64,000 nucleotides of DNA, taken from IMG/VR virus record IMGVR_UViG_3300044723_009336, positions 6,007-70,006 of that record, one strand, 5' to 3'. Shown one piece after another: positions 28,677 through 37,825 of this stretch. The position numbers and the translations under genes were made by a program. Each line of letters opens with the position of its first letter. Position 1 is the first letter of the stretch. The notes below the pieces were generated by a model, which saw only the letters and a program-made list of their open reading frames with translations, did not search any database and was not told the origin of the DNA. The stretch comes from a virus.

Positions 28677-29413
28677 TGGGCGTTAACTTTAATCCTGGGA
28701 TTGTAACAGATGGATTATCTTTGCATCTCGATCCTATGAATACTAAATCTTATCCTGGATCAGGAAGTAATTGGACAGATGTAGCTCAAGGAATTAATTT
28801 TACTTCTTCTGGAACTCAAACTCCTCTTGAAACAAAAAATGGCGCTATATGTTTTGGGTTTAATGGGTCTGGTTATTGGACTAGTGACAGCAACCATACT
28901 CTAGTCGATATGGGAGGCGATTGCACTCTTATTATGTGGGTATTTGATGATGGTAATAGAACCATTAGGAGAACCATTTTTGAAAAACAAGAAACCACTG
29001 TTTCTCACTCTTATCGTCAAGAAATAGCAGTGACGTGGGAAATATCTGGAGATAGAGAATTTTCATATTTCTCTAGAAATAGCCCTAATTATGATACTGC
29101 AACAATACCTCCTTTACAATTTGGATCTGGTCAAGATAATATTTGGAAACAATTCGCTTTAAAAATGTCTACAGGAAGAACATCTTCAGCTAGAACAGGG
29201 TTTTATAGTGTTAATGGAGCTCCTTGGGCATCTAGTTATAATTCCCGATCAGATACTGCATTAGTAACAGCAGGTGCTATTCATATAGGTGAAGGATATG
29301 CAGGTATTGTAGAGTCAGGAAATATTGGTTTAGTAACTTGTTATAATAAGATGCTCGATGATACCGAAATAGCACAAAATTTTGAAGCAATGCGTGGTAG
29401 ATTTGGATTATAA
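28676..29413 (+). CDS. LamG/concanavalin A-like lectin-fold protein 5
   Basis: IVTDGLSLHLDPMNTKSYPGSG...EIAQNFEAMRGRFGL. Confidence 0.78.
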   Translation: MGVNFNPGIVTDGLSLHLDPMNTKSYPGSGSNWTDVAQGINFTSSGTQTPLETKNGAICFGFNGSGYWTSDSNHTLVDMGGDCTLIMWVFDDGNRTIRRTIFEKQETTVSHSYRQEIAVTWEISGDREFSYFSRNSPNYDTATIPPLQFGSGQDNIWKQFALKMSTGRTSSARTGFYSVNGAPWASSYNSRSDTALVTAGAIHIGEGYAGIVESGNIGLVTCYNKMLDDTEIAQNFEAMRGRFGL

Positions 29414-29416
29414 ATA
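29409..29416 (+). promoter_or_regulatory. T4-type late promoter (TATAAATA) overlapping the upstream stop codon
   Basis: Exact consensus 22 nt before ATG 29439. Confidence 0.75.
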
Positions 29417-29438
29417 GAGATAAGGTAGGTAGATTTAA

Positions 29439-30341
29439 ATGGCAATATCAGATAGAAATATAGTAATCACGCCAAATGTCTCGGCAACTGGACCTGCGCA
29501 ACCAAAAATTGTGTTTACAGGCGCTGATTCGAGCACAGGTGACTCTGCTGCCATTACGTTGTTCGCTAATCCAGAAAACTCTGGCACACTCAGTTTTAGT
29601 GCTTCTGAAGGCCAACTCTTTTCGATTTCCAATAATCTCACAAGTGGTGATATTTTTACTGTTAACGACGTATCTGGTATACCATCACTCGCTATTAATG
29701 CAAATGGTGTTATTAGTCTTGCAGAGTTTAACGGAAGAGTTTTAGTCGGTGGTGCTGTTGATGACAGTTCATCTGCATTACAAGTGTCGGGAACAGTTGC
29801 TGCTACTTCCTACACAGGAGATGGATCTTTACTTACTGGAATCACATCTAGTGGTGGAGGTGGAGCAGTTAATGATCTCTTCCTAAAATATCGAAAAGTG
29901 ATTGATTCAAATTACACGGTTGATAGTGATGGATTAGGTCGTGGTGTTACAGCATTTACAGGTGTGAATGATAGCGATGGATTAACGATTGCGACTGGAG
30001 TAACAATTACAGTCAATAGTGGATCGGCATGGGTATTATCATCTGGAGATAAGAACATGGGTCTTGACGCGATGGTTGCGACAAGTAACCAGACTGAAAG
30101 AACTATGCGTACTGGTACGATCAAACCAACACTTGATAATACATATGACCTTGGTGACTCTGCGATTGGATGGAGAAATATATATACAAATGACTTGAAC
30201 TTATCAAATATGAATAGCTCTGGAAATGATATCGACGGAACGACTGGTAAGTGGACGATACAGGAAGGTGAAGATCAACTCTATGTTATCAATAAAAGAA
30301 ATGGTAAGAAATATAAGTTTATGCTAGAGGAGATTGTATAA
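29439..30341 (+). CDS. Short mosaic tail fibre protein
   Basis: N-terminal GQLFSISNNL...DVSGIP module paralogous to the 23272 fibre. C-terminal WRNIYTNDLNLSN...WTIQEGEDQLYVINKRNGKKYKF domain of the type common on marine myovirus fibres. Confidence 0.75.
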   Translation: MAISDRNIVITPNVSATGPAQPKIVFTGADSSTGDSAAITLFANPENSGTLSFSASEGQLFSISNNLTSGDIFTVNDVSGIPSLAINANGVISLAEFNGRVLVGGAVDDSSSALQVSGTVAATSYTGDGSLLTGITSSGGGGAVNDLFLKYRKVIDSNYTVDSDGLGRGVTAFTGVNDSDGLTIATGVTITVNSGSAWVLSSGDKNMGLDAMVATSNQTERTMRTGTIKPTLDNTYDLGDSAIGWRNIYTNDLNLSNMNSSGNDIDGTTGKWTIQEGEDQLYVINKRNGKKYKFMLEEIV

Positions 30342-30730
30342 TGACAATTAAGATTGCGAGTGAGGGTGGTACAGTTGATATTGATGCAAGGCAAGGGTTG
30401 GCGAAGGGTTTTATAAATTTTGATGGTGCAGCTACTTTTGATGCCTCTGATACAGAAGTTAGAAAATCTTTAAATATGTCAACATTAACTGATATTGGTA
30501 CTGGTCATTATGTTATTGGTATAACAAGTGCTATGGGTGATACTGACTTTATTATGAATACCACCGCAACTTGGAGTAGTGAACAAGATTATGGGGGTGC
30601 TATGTATCCAAGAAATAGCATAGCTTTTACCACTACACAATTTACTGTTTACATAACTAATCCAGGCAATATGCTTTCATACTTAAATAGTAAATATGCT
30701 TGGATGTTAATACACGGAGATTTAGCATAA
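30341..30730 (+). CDS. Small fibre-tip domain protein
   Basis: AKGFINFDG...SLNMSTLTDIGTGHY motif, recalled from marine phage tail-tip proteins. Confidence 0.6.
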   Translation: MTIKIASEGGTVDIDARQGLAKGFINFDGAATFDASDTEVRKSLNMSTLTDIGTGHYVIGITSAMGDTDFIMNTTATWSSEQDYGGAMYPRNSIAFTTTQFTVYITNPGNMLSYLNSKYAWMLIHGDLA

Positions 30731-31191
30731 TGACAACAACACCACAATTTACAGGCACACATTTATTTGACAGACTATGTTGGGCAAAAGAAAACCTAGA
30801 TGGAGTACAGTCAGACTACCGTGTAGTGTATGAAGACAGCATAGACGAATGTGCAAAGATACTCGTGCCTGACCCAAACTGGATGGCTTGTGCATTGCAG
30901 GGCGGCATACTTCCACCAGTATGGGTGTATTGGGAACTCAAAAAAGACGAATCACAACCTGACTTCAAGAAGCATACTCGTGGTTACTTGTTACACGAGA
31001 CAGAACCAATGGAAGCTATGACTGAAGAACAGGCAATAGAATACCTTATTCAGAAGGATGTGCCAGAACATGTCTGGAAAAATTCAAATAAAATAAATAA
31101 AACAAGAATGGTAATATGTAAAAAAGATCAATTACCGCAAACAAGAGAATGGCGTAACTCTTGGAAGATATCAGAAAGACTAGCAGCATGA
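30730..31191 (+). CDS. Conserved marine phage fibre-associated protein
   Basis: GTHLFDRLCWAKE...LVPDPNWMACALQGGILPP...EYLIQKD...REWRNSW. Start re-placed at ATG 30730 (TAATG coupling). Confidence 0.7.
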   Translation: MTTTPQFTGTHLFDRLCWAKENLDGVQSDYRVVYEDSIDECAKILVPDPNWMACALQGGILPPVWVYWELKKDESQPDFKKHTRGYLLHETEPMEAMTEEQAIEYLIQKDVPEHVWKNSNKINKTRMVICKKDQLPQTREWRNSWKISERLAA

Positions 31192-31553
31192 CAGATACCT
31201 TTATCGTAGACAAAGATGGGAATCGAGTAAATGCATCAAATGTTACGGTACCATCAGATAGATTATTCCGTGATTCATGGGTACTCAGTGGATCAGTTAT
31301 CGAAGAGGATCTAACAAAGGCAAAGGAGATCTTTCGTGATAAAGTTCGTGAAGTAAGAAAAGGATTACTTGATGCAAAAGACGTAGAGTATATGAAGGCA
31401 CTTGAGACGAGTGCAGATACTTCTGCGATTATATCGACAAAACAGAGTTTGAGAGATGCACCAAGTGCGTCAGCAATAGATAATGCAACGACGATTGCTG
31501 AACTAAAAGCAGCATGGGATACAGACTTATTAGGTGATAATCCTTATAGCTAA
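31188..31553 (+). CDS. Putative tail fibre assembly chaperone
   Basis: SDRLFRDSW...KAKEIFRDKVREVRKGLL...KQSLRDAP...ELKAAW. Start at ATG 31188 (ATGA overlap). Confidence 0.7.
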   Translation: MTDTFIVDKDGNRVNASNVTVPSDRLFRDSWVLSGSVIEEDLTKAKEIFRDKVREVRKGLLDAKDVEYMKALETSADTSAIISTKQSLRDAPSASAIDNATTIAELKAAWDTDLLGDNPYS

Positions 31554-32503
31554 TGGAAAGTGAAATGACAGAAGAAAACAAAAATGAAGTGGCTATCTTT
31601 GAACAAATTCGTACGAATGTTCAAGTAGCAGATCGAAATGAATATAAAGTACCGATGGCGATGGTTTTTGGAAAGGGATCACTTGCGCGGACCGAAAGTT
31701 TTGGTGGTAGTTCTCTCGTCGAGAATTCAGAGAAAGTAGATCTCGCCATTCAAAATACAAATGAGTTACAGAATATCTGGAATCACTCGCACTCGCAGTG
31801 GATGTGGAAACATTTGAATCTCTCTTATCATTCTCCTCATAAGAACATGAGACAGATCGCCGCAGAGATGAATCGAAAAAAGTCAGCACTCAACGAGGCG
31901 AAGTGGAGACAGGTCAAGAACGAGGTCAAGATCAAAAAGATCGAAGAAGAACTCGAGTCTGGCAAATGTGATTATTGGAGAGAGGTCGATCTCACAGTCA
32001 AACTCACTGAACTGAGAGAGGGACTCGCCGAAGGTATCGTAACGATCGAAGGTGCGATGAAAGACGTTCTCGTACTCAATGAGTTATACGAGCAACTGAA
32101 AGGTAAGGTCTCTAGTTTCTCTGAAGTCGATATCGAGATGGAAGAGAGTAAGACACACTTGAAGAGAAGTATCGTTCAGTCAATTCGCGACGTTCGTATG
32201 TCGGGATCGATTACGAAGGCAGAACAAGAATACTTAGAACAGATCGGCGTGAATCCAATGAAGATGCAGAATCTGATTCGACAGTACGTCAAACAAGAAG
32301 CAGAGTCGACTTCGTGGGATAACAAAGGATTATATGATTTCGTTGATGGCATAGTGAAAGATTTGATAGACAATCATAAGGTTGATATCATAAGAATGGA
32401 GTATATGGGATTTGACTCGAAGCCTGTAGAGAACATGTCTTATGATACAGTCGTAGCAAGGAGAATAGAAGGCAATGAGCAAACTAATCGTAACGACGAT
32501 TGA
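31553..32503 (+). CDS. Coiled-coil protein of unknown function heading the propeller array
   Basis: Long charged heptad region (NMRQIAAEMNRKKSALNEAKW...LTELREGL) and SIRDVR...ITKAEQEYLEQIGVNP motif. Confidence 0.75.
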   Translation: MESEMTEENKNEVAIFEQIRTNVQVADRNEYKVPMAMVFGKGSLARTESFGGSSLVENSEKVDLAIQNTNELQNIWNHSHSQWMWKHLNLSYHSPHKNMRQIAAEMNRKKSALNEAKWRQVKNEVKIKKIEEELESGKCDYWREVDLTVKLTELREGLAEGIVTIEGAMKDVLVLNELYEQLKGKVSSFSEVDIEMEESKTHLKRSIVQSIRDVRMSGSITKAEQEYLEQIGVNPMKMQNLIRQYVKQEAESTSWDNKGLYDFVDGIVKDLIDNHKVDIIRMEYMGFDSKPVENMSYDTVVARRIEGNEQTNRNDD

Positions 32504-32834
32504 GGATGCGAGTGGAGCAGCAGGTACAGTTACCTTTACGGGTTCTGTCGAAGCAGTCGACTTCAACTCGACTTCTGATGCTCGTCTCAAGACAGAGATC
32601 ACAGGTATCGAAGGAGGTCTGAATAAGATCGCTCAGATGCGAGGTGTGACATTTAAGATTCACGATAAACCATCGGCTGGTGTCGTTGCGCAAGAATTAG
32701 AACAAGTAATTCCTGCTGCAGTCAAGACTGGCGATGATGACTATAAGTCAGTGAACTACAACGTCATTATCGGATATCTGATTGAGGCAGTCAAAGAACT
32801 TCAAGAGGAAGTCAATACTCTGAAAGGTCAGTAA
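32475..32834 (+). CDS. Peptidase S74 intramolecular chaperone with only a ~33-aa N-terminal segment
   Basis: SDARLK (S34/K39), LRGV-like MRGVTF, GVVAQELEQVIP, SVNYNVIIGYLIEAVKEL. AAGGAG RBS at 32458-32463. Confidence 0.85.
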   Translation: MSKLIVTTIEDASGAAGTVTFTGSVEAVDFNSTSDARLKTEITGIEGGLNKIAQMRGVTFKIHDKPSAGVVAQELEQVIPAAVKTGDDDYKSVNYNVIIGYLIEAVKELQEEVNTLKGQ

Positions 32835-32835
32835 A

Positions 32836-33792
32836 GTGGCCTATCAAGTCAGTGGCACTGAAAAGATAAAAGATGATAACACTGTAACATTCAAGACAGT
32901 TACAGTGACAAATTACTATACGCTTTTTGGTGGGATTGGGGCGGGTGCTTCTTTTGGATATTCATCTGGTGGATTTTCTCCACCGTATGTCAATACGATT
33001 GATAAATTTACTTTTAGTGCTGATGCTAATGCAACTGATGTCGGTGATCTCACTCAAGCAAGAGGATTTATAGCAGGCCAATCTTCTGCTACAAATGGAT
33101 ACACATCTGCTGGCACTACTCCTGGAGCAGTCAATACAATCGACAAATTTCCTTTTAGTGTAGACGCTAATGCTACTGATGTTGGGGATGTGATTCAAGC
33201 AAGAAGCGGAGTAGCAGGCCAATCATCAACTGAAAATGGGTATGTATCTGGAGGAAGTGTTAGTAATATAATAGAAAAATTTCCTTTTAGTACAGACGCT
33301 AACGCAGCTGACGTAGGCGACTTAACTCAAGCAAGAGATCGCGTTATAGGACAATCATCTATTTCGAATGGTTACACATCAGCAGGACTAATTCCAGGTC
33401 CAACTACAGTCAATACAATCGACAAATTTCCTTTTAGTGCTGACGCTAACGCAACAGACGTTGGTGATCTCACTCAAGCAAGATACGGTGCAGCAAATCA
33501 TTCATCAATTGACAATGGTTATGCTGCTGGAGGGTTTGCTCCAGGATTAGTAAATATAATAGATAAGTTTCCATTTGCTGCTGATGCGAATGCAACAGAT
33601 GTTGGAGACCTAACTCAGTCGAGATCATCTAGTGTTGGGCAAAGCTCAGATACAAATGGGTATAGTTCTGGCGGTAGTAGTCCACCTACTGTCAATATAA
33701 TAGATAAGTTTCCATTTAGTGCAGACGCTAACGCAGCTGACGTAGGTGATCTGAGTCAAGTGAGATATGGCGCAGCAGGACAACAAGGATAG
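32836..33792 (+). CDS. Six-blade Kelch-like beta-propeller protein 1 of 8
   Basis: Six GYxSGG...IDKFPFSADANATDVGDLTQAR...GQSS repeats. GTG start. Confidence 0.85.
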   Translation: MAYQVSGTEKIKDDNTVTFKTVTVTNYYTLFGGIGAGASFGYSSGGFSPPYVNTIDKFTFSADANATDVGDLTQARGFIAGQSSATNGYTSAGTTPGAVNTIDKFPFSVDANATDVGDVIQARSGVAGQSSTENGYVSGGSVSNIIEKFPFSTDANAADVGDLTQARDRVIGQSSISNGYTSAGLIPGPTTVNTIDKFPFSADANATDVGDLTQARYGAANHSSIDNGYAAGGFAPGLVNIIDKFPFAADANATDVGDLTQSRSSSVGQSSDTNGYSSGGSSPPTVNIIDKFPFSADANAADVGDLSQVRYGAAGQQG

Positions 33793-33796
33793 AAAT

Positions 33797-34792
33797 ATGG
33801 TTTATAAAGTATCAGGAACAGACGCACTCAAAGACGATAACACAGCAGTTTTTCGAAATGTAATTGTGACTACGAATCAGACGACATCTACAGGCCTCGG
33901 AGGATCTACGAGTGGATATGCATCAGGCGGAGCAGCTCCTGCTTTTTCTACTGTAATAGATAAATTCCCATTTTCTGCTGACGCAAATGCGACTGATGTA
34001 GGAGATCTAACTCAAGGAAGAACCAATGTATCTGGTCAATCATCAGCTGATAATGGATATTCATCTGGGGGCACACCTGCAATCAATATAATTGATAAAT
34101 TCCCGTTTAGCGCTGATGCCAACGCAACAGATGTAGGAGACTTAACACAAGGCCGAGCTTCGTCATCCGGACAGTCATCGTCTGATAATGGATACACTTC
34201 AGGAGGATCCAATACAGGATTTCCGATAGTTGGTACAAATACAATAGATAAATTCCCATTTTCTGCTGACGCAAATGCGACAGATGTTGGAGATTTATTA
34301 GGTATAAGATTAGATGCTTCTGGCCAGTCTTCTTCATCTAATGGTTATATATCTGGGGGACAAGATCAAACTCCAGGGGGAACAGGTGCCTCTAATATTA
34401 TTCAAAAATTTCCATTTTCTGCCGATGCCAATTCAACAGATGTTGGAGATCTGACCGTAGCTAAAATTCAATCTTCAGGTCAATCATCATCGACCCATGG
34501 ATATACATCTGGCGGTCCAAACAGCAATATTATTGAAAAGTTTTCCTTTAGTACAGACGCAAATGCAACAGATGTGGGAGATTTGACTCAGGCAAGATAC
34601 AAACCTGCAGGCCAATCATCAACTGAAAACGGATATGCTGCTGGTGGGTATAATTCTGGTAATCCAGCTCCGCCACCTCCTCTTCAAAATTTTGATACGA
34701 TTGATAAGTTTCCTTTTAGCACTGATGCTAACGCAACAGATGTTGGTAATTTAACTCAAGCAAGAAATGCTGCTACAGGACAACAGGTGTAA
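33797..34792 (+). CDS. Kelch-like propeller protein 2 of 8
   Basis: Six repeats. Start re-placed at ATG 33797 (MVYKVSG), matching paralog N-termini. Confidence 0.85.
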   Translation: MVYKVSGTDALKDDNTAVFRNVIVTTNQTTSTGLGGSTSGYASGGAAPAFSTVIDKFPFSADANATDVGDLTQGRTNVSGQSSADNGYSSGGTPAINIIDKFPFSADANATDVGDLTQGRASSSGQSSSDNGYTSGGSNTGFPIVGTNTIDKFPFSADANATDVGDLLGIRLDASGQSSSSNGYISGGQDQTPGGTGASNIIQKFPFSADANSTDVGDLTVAKIQSSGQSSSTHGYTSGGPNSNIIEKFSFSTDANATDVGDLTQARYKPAGQSSTENGYAAGGYNSGNPAPPPPLQNFDTIDKFPFSTDANATDVGNLTQARNAATGQQV

Positions 34793-34795
34793 TGA

Positions 34796-35791
34796 ATGCC
34801 GTATAAGATCAATCTACCACTCGTAGGAAGCACGGGAACTCGAAAGAAAGTCGTGATCGACGAGAACAACGATCTATTCATTGATGTGTCTCGCGTCGGA
34901 TCTTTTGTAGGGATTTCACCGGTGCAAGGATCTACGAGTGGATATGCATCTGGTGGTATACCTACTCCTGGCACTTCTACAAATATTATAGATAAGTTTC
35001 CTTTCGCGGCAGATGCGAATGCTACCGATGTGGGAGATCTAACTCAATCAAGATATTCTGTAGCTGGTCAGTCTTCTACTACGAGTGGATATAATTCTGG
35101 TGGACAAGTTCCCCCTTCTACGCCAGTTACCACAATCGATAAATTTCCTTTCAGTGCAGATGCAAATGCAACAGATGTTGGAGATCTAACGCAAGCAAGA
35201 GAACAACCTGTAGGAACATCTTCTGATACAAGCGGATATGCATCAGGTGGAAGAACTCCTGCTACGTCGAATGTAATCGATAAGTTTCCATTCAGTACTG
35301 ATGCAAACGCAACAGACGTAGGAGATCTAACTCAAGGAAGAGGTCAAATTGGAGGTCAATCATCACGTACTCATGGATATAATTCTGGAGGTTTTACACC
35401 ACCTACTCAGACTAATGTAATTGATAAATTTCCTTTTAGTTCTGATGCAAACGCCACCGATGTCGGAGATTTACTTTCTGCTAAAAGAGGTGTGACAGGA
35501 ACATCTTCTGATACAAATGGATATGCTTCAGGAGGATTCCCTTATCAAAATGTCATTGAAAAATTCCCCTTCAGTGCTGATGCAAATGGAGTTGATGTGG
35601 GCGATCTGACTGTATCAAAAGCATTTTCAGCTGGCCAGTCTTCTACTACGAGTGGATATAATTCTGGAGGAAACGGCACACCCCCAATTACTAACATTAT
35701 TGATAAATTTCCTTTTAGTTCAGATGCAAACGCAACTGATGTAGGTGACTTGACACAAGCAAGAAGTTCTTCAACAGGTCAACAGGTGTAA
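34796..35791 (+). CDS. Kelch-like propeller protein 3 of 8
   Basis: Six repeats alternating GYASGG/GYNSGG. Confidence 0.85.
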   Translation: MPYKINLPLVGSTGTRKKVVIDENNDLFIDVSRVGSFVGISPVQGSTSGYASGGIPTPGTSTNIIDKFPFAADANATDVGDLTQSRYSVAGQSSTTSGYNSGGQVPPSTPVTTIDKFPFSADANATDVGDLTQAREQPVGTSSDTSGYASGGRTPATSNVIDKFPFSTDANATDVGDLTQGRGQIGGQSSRTHGYNSGGFTPPTQTNVIDKFPFSSDANATDVGDLLSAKRGVTGTSSDTNGYASGGFPYQNVIEKFPFSADANGVDVGDLTVSKAFSAGQSSTTSGYNSGGNGTPPITNIIDKFPFSSDANATDVGDLTQARSSSTGQQV

Positions 35792-35829
35792 TAAATAGTA
35801 ACATGGCATATAAGATATCAGATACAGCA
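35774..35829 (+). repeat. 56-bp exact direct repeat, copy 1 (gene junction with AATAAATA)
   Basis: ACAGGTCAACAGGTGTAATAAATAGTAACATGGCATATAAGATATCAGATACAGCA, identical to 37770-37825. Confidence 0.9.
35790..35797 (+). promoter_or_regulatory. Probable late promoter (AATAAATA) inside the array
   Basis: NATAAATA variant 5 nt before ATG 35803. No obvious RBS, so the transcript may be near-leaderless. Confidence 0.55.
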
Positions 35830-36819
35830 CTTATTTTTGAATCAGATGGATCTGCAATTTTAGTTGCAGAGACAGTGAACTATCGAGGCACTTTGACTAC
35901 GACGAACACTACGTTCGACTTGGATCCAAATTATATCACAGATTACTTTCCTGCCGGATTTCAAGGAGAAGTAAGTGGATATGCATCTGGTGGCAGTCCT
36001 ACTACTAACATAATCGATAAGTTTCCTTTTAGTGCTGATGCAAATGCTACTGATGTTGGAGATTTAACTCAGGCAAGAAGCGCTAGTGCTGGACAATCAT
36101 CAGGCTCGAATGGTTATTCTTCTGGTGGATTTGCTCCACCTGGTGTTAATACGATTGATAAATTCCCTTTCAGTACTGATGCTAACGCAACTGATGTAGG
36201 TGATCTATCTCAAGCAAGATCATTTGTATCTGGTCAATCATCTGCGTCAAACGGTTATACTTCTGGAGGAATTTTTCCAGAACCTACCGTTAACACAATC
36301 GATAAGTTTCCATTTAGTAGTGATGCAAATGCAACAGATGTGGGCGATTTGTCTCAAGGAAGAAACGCTCTTGCAGGTCAATCGTCTTCTGAGAATGGAT
36401 ACACTTCTGGCGGCGGTGCTCCAGGAAGTGTCAATATAATAGACAAGTTTCCTTTTAGCACAGACGCTAATGCGTCAGACGTTGGTGATTTGAGTCAAAC
36501 AAGAGAAGGCACAACAGGTCAATCGTCTTCTGAAAATGGATATTCATCGGGTGGTTCGACTCCAACTCGAGTCAATACAATCGATAAGTTTCCATTTAGT
36601 GTTGACGCAAATGCGACTGATGTTGGAGATTTGACTCAAGCAAGAAGTGGACCAGGTGGACAATCATCCACTGAAAACGGATACGCATCTGGAGGATCAT
36701 CTGCACCTTTTAGCAGTCAGAATACGATTGATAAGTTTCCGTTCAGTACAGATACAAACGCAACTGACGTAGGTGATCTGACTCAAGTAAGAAATGGATT
36801 AGCAGGACAACAGGTATAA
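35803..36819 (+). CDS. Kelch-like propeller protein 4 of 8
   Basis: Six repeats after a MAYKISDT leader. Confidence 0.85.
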   Translation: MAYKISDTALIFESDGSAILVAETVNYRGTLTTTNTTFDLDPNYITDYFPAGFQGEVSGYASGGSPTTNIIDKFPFSADANATDVGDLTQARSASAGQSSGSNGYSSGGFAPPGVNTIDKFPFSTDANATDVGDLSQARSFVSGQSSASNGYTSGGIFPEPTVNTIDKFPFSSDANATDVGDLSQGRNALAGQSSSENGYTSGGGAPGSVNIIDKFPFSTDANASDVGDLSQTREGTTGQSSSENGYSSGGSTPTRVNTIDKFPFSVDANATDVGDLTQARSGPGGQSSTENGYASGGSSAPFSSQNTIDKFPFSTDTNATDVGDLTQVRNGLAGQQV

Positions 36820-36821
36820 CG

Positions 36822-37787
36822 ATGGTTTATAGAGTCAACAGAGATCCAATCATTGACGGCGACAGAGTACTTCGTGTCGATCGTATGCGCGTGGGAAGTT
36901 TTTCAGAAACCTATAAATTCCAGGGATCTACAAGCGGATATACATCTGGTGGATTTGCACCACCTTATACAAACGTAATTGATAAGTTTCCATTTAGTTC
37001 AGATGCTAACGCAACAGACGTCGGAGATTTGACTTCAGTTAGAGCTGGTCCAGCAGGACAATCTTCAGATGCAAGTGGATATTCGTCTGGAGGCAAAACC
37101 TCGTCTTATCTTAATATTATCGATAAGTTTCCTTTTAGTGCAGATACAAATGCAACAGATGTAGGAGATTTGACCCAAGCAAGATGGATTCCAGCAGGAC
37201 AATCATCATCAGAAAATGGATATACTTCAGGTGGGGATGTACCACCCGAGACTAATATCATTGATAAATTTTCTTTTAGTAGTGATGGAAATGCAACTGA
37301 CGTAGGAGATTTATCTCAAACGAGAGGTAGATTGGCTGGTCAATCTTCTTCTTCGAATGGTTACTCGTCAGGAGGTCATTCTGCATTTCCTACAACTACC
37401 AACGTCATAGATAAATTCCCATTCGCAGCAGATGCGAATGCAACAGATGTAGGAGATTTGACCCAAGCAAGAGGATATCCAGGAGGGCAATCATCTTCCG
37501 AAAATGGATACTCATCAGCTGGTTACGCAGGAGATGCTTCAGGATTGAATACTATAGATAAATTTCCATTTGCCGCAGACGCAAATGCTACTGATGTCGG
37601 AGATGTAACACAAGGAAGATATCCTGTTGCAGGACAATCGTCAACTTCTAATGGTTATTCTTCTGGAGGATATTCTTCTGGTGGGACTAACATTATAGAT
37701 AAATTTCCATTCGCTACTGATGCTAACGCAACTGATGTAGGTGATTTGACTCAAACAAGGTGGGAAACTACAGGTCAACAGGTGTAA
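36822..37787 (+). CDS. Kelch-like propeller protein 5 of 8
   Basis: Six repeats after a MVYRV leader. Confidence 0.85.
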   Translation: MVYRVNRDPIIDGDRVLRVDRMRVGSFSETYKFQGSTSGYTSGGFAPPYTNVIDKFPFSSDANATDVGDLTSVRAGPAGQSSDASGYSSGGKTSSYLNIIDKFPFSADTNATDVGDLTQARWIPAGQSSSENGYTSGGDVPPETNIIDKFSFSSDGNATDVGDLSQTRGRLAGQSSSSNGYSSGGHSAFPTTTNVIDKFPFAADANATDVGDLTQARGYPGGQSSSENGYSSAGYAGDASGLNTIDKFPFAADANATDVGDVTQGRYPVAGQSSTSNGYSSGGYSSGGTNIIDKFPFATDANATDVGDLTQTRWETTGQQV

Positions 37788-37825
37788 TAAATAGTAACAT
37801 GGCATATAAGATATCAGATACAGCA
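37770..37825 (+). repeat. 56-bp exact direct repeat, copy 2
   Basis: Identical to 35774-35829. Includes AATAAATA at 37786-37793. Confidence 0.9.

Noticed and set aside
32460-32510. Programmed frameshift fusing the coiled-coil protein to the S74 chaperone
   Set aside because: The 29-nt overlap has no evident slippery site, and the S74 ORF has its own AAGGAG RBS and ATG.
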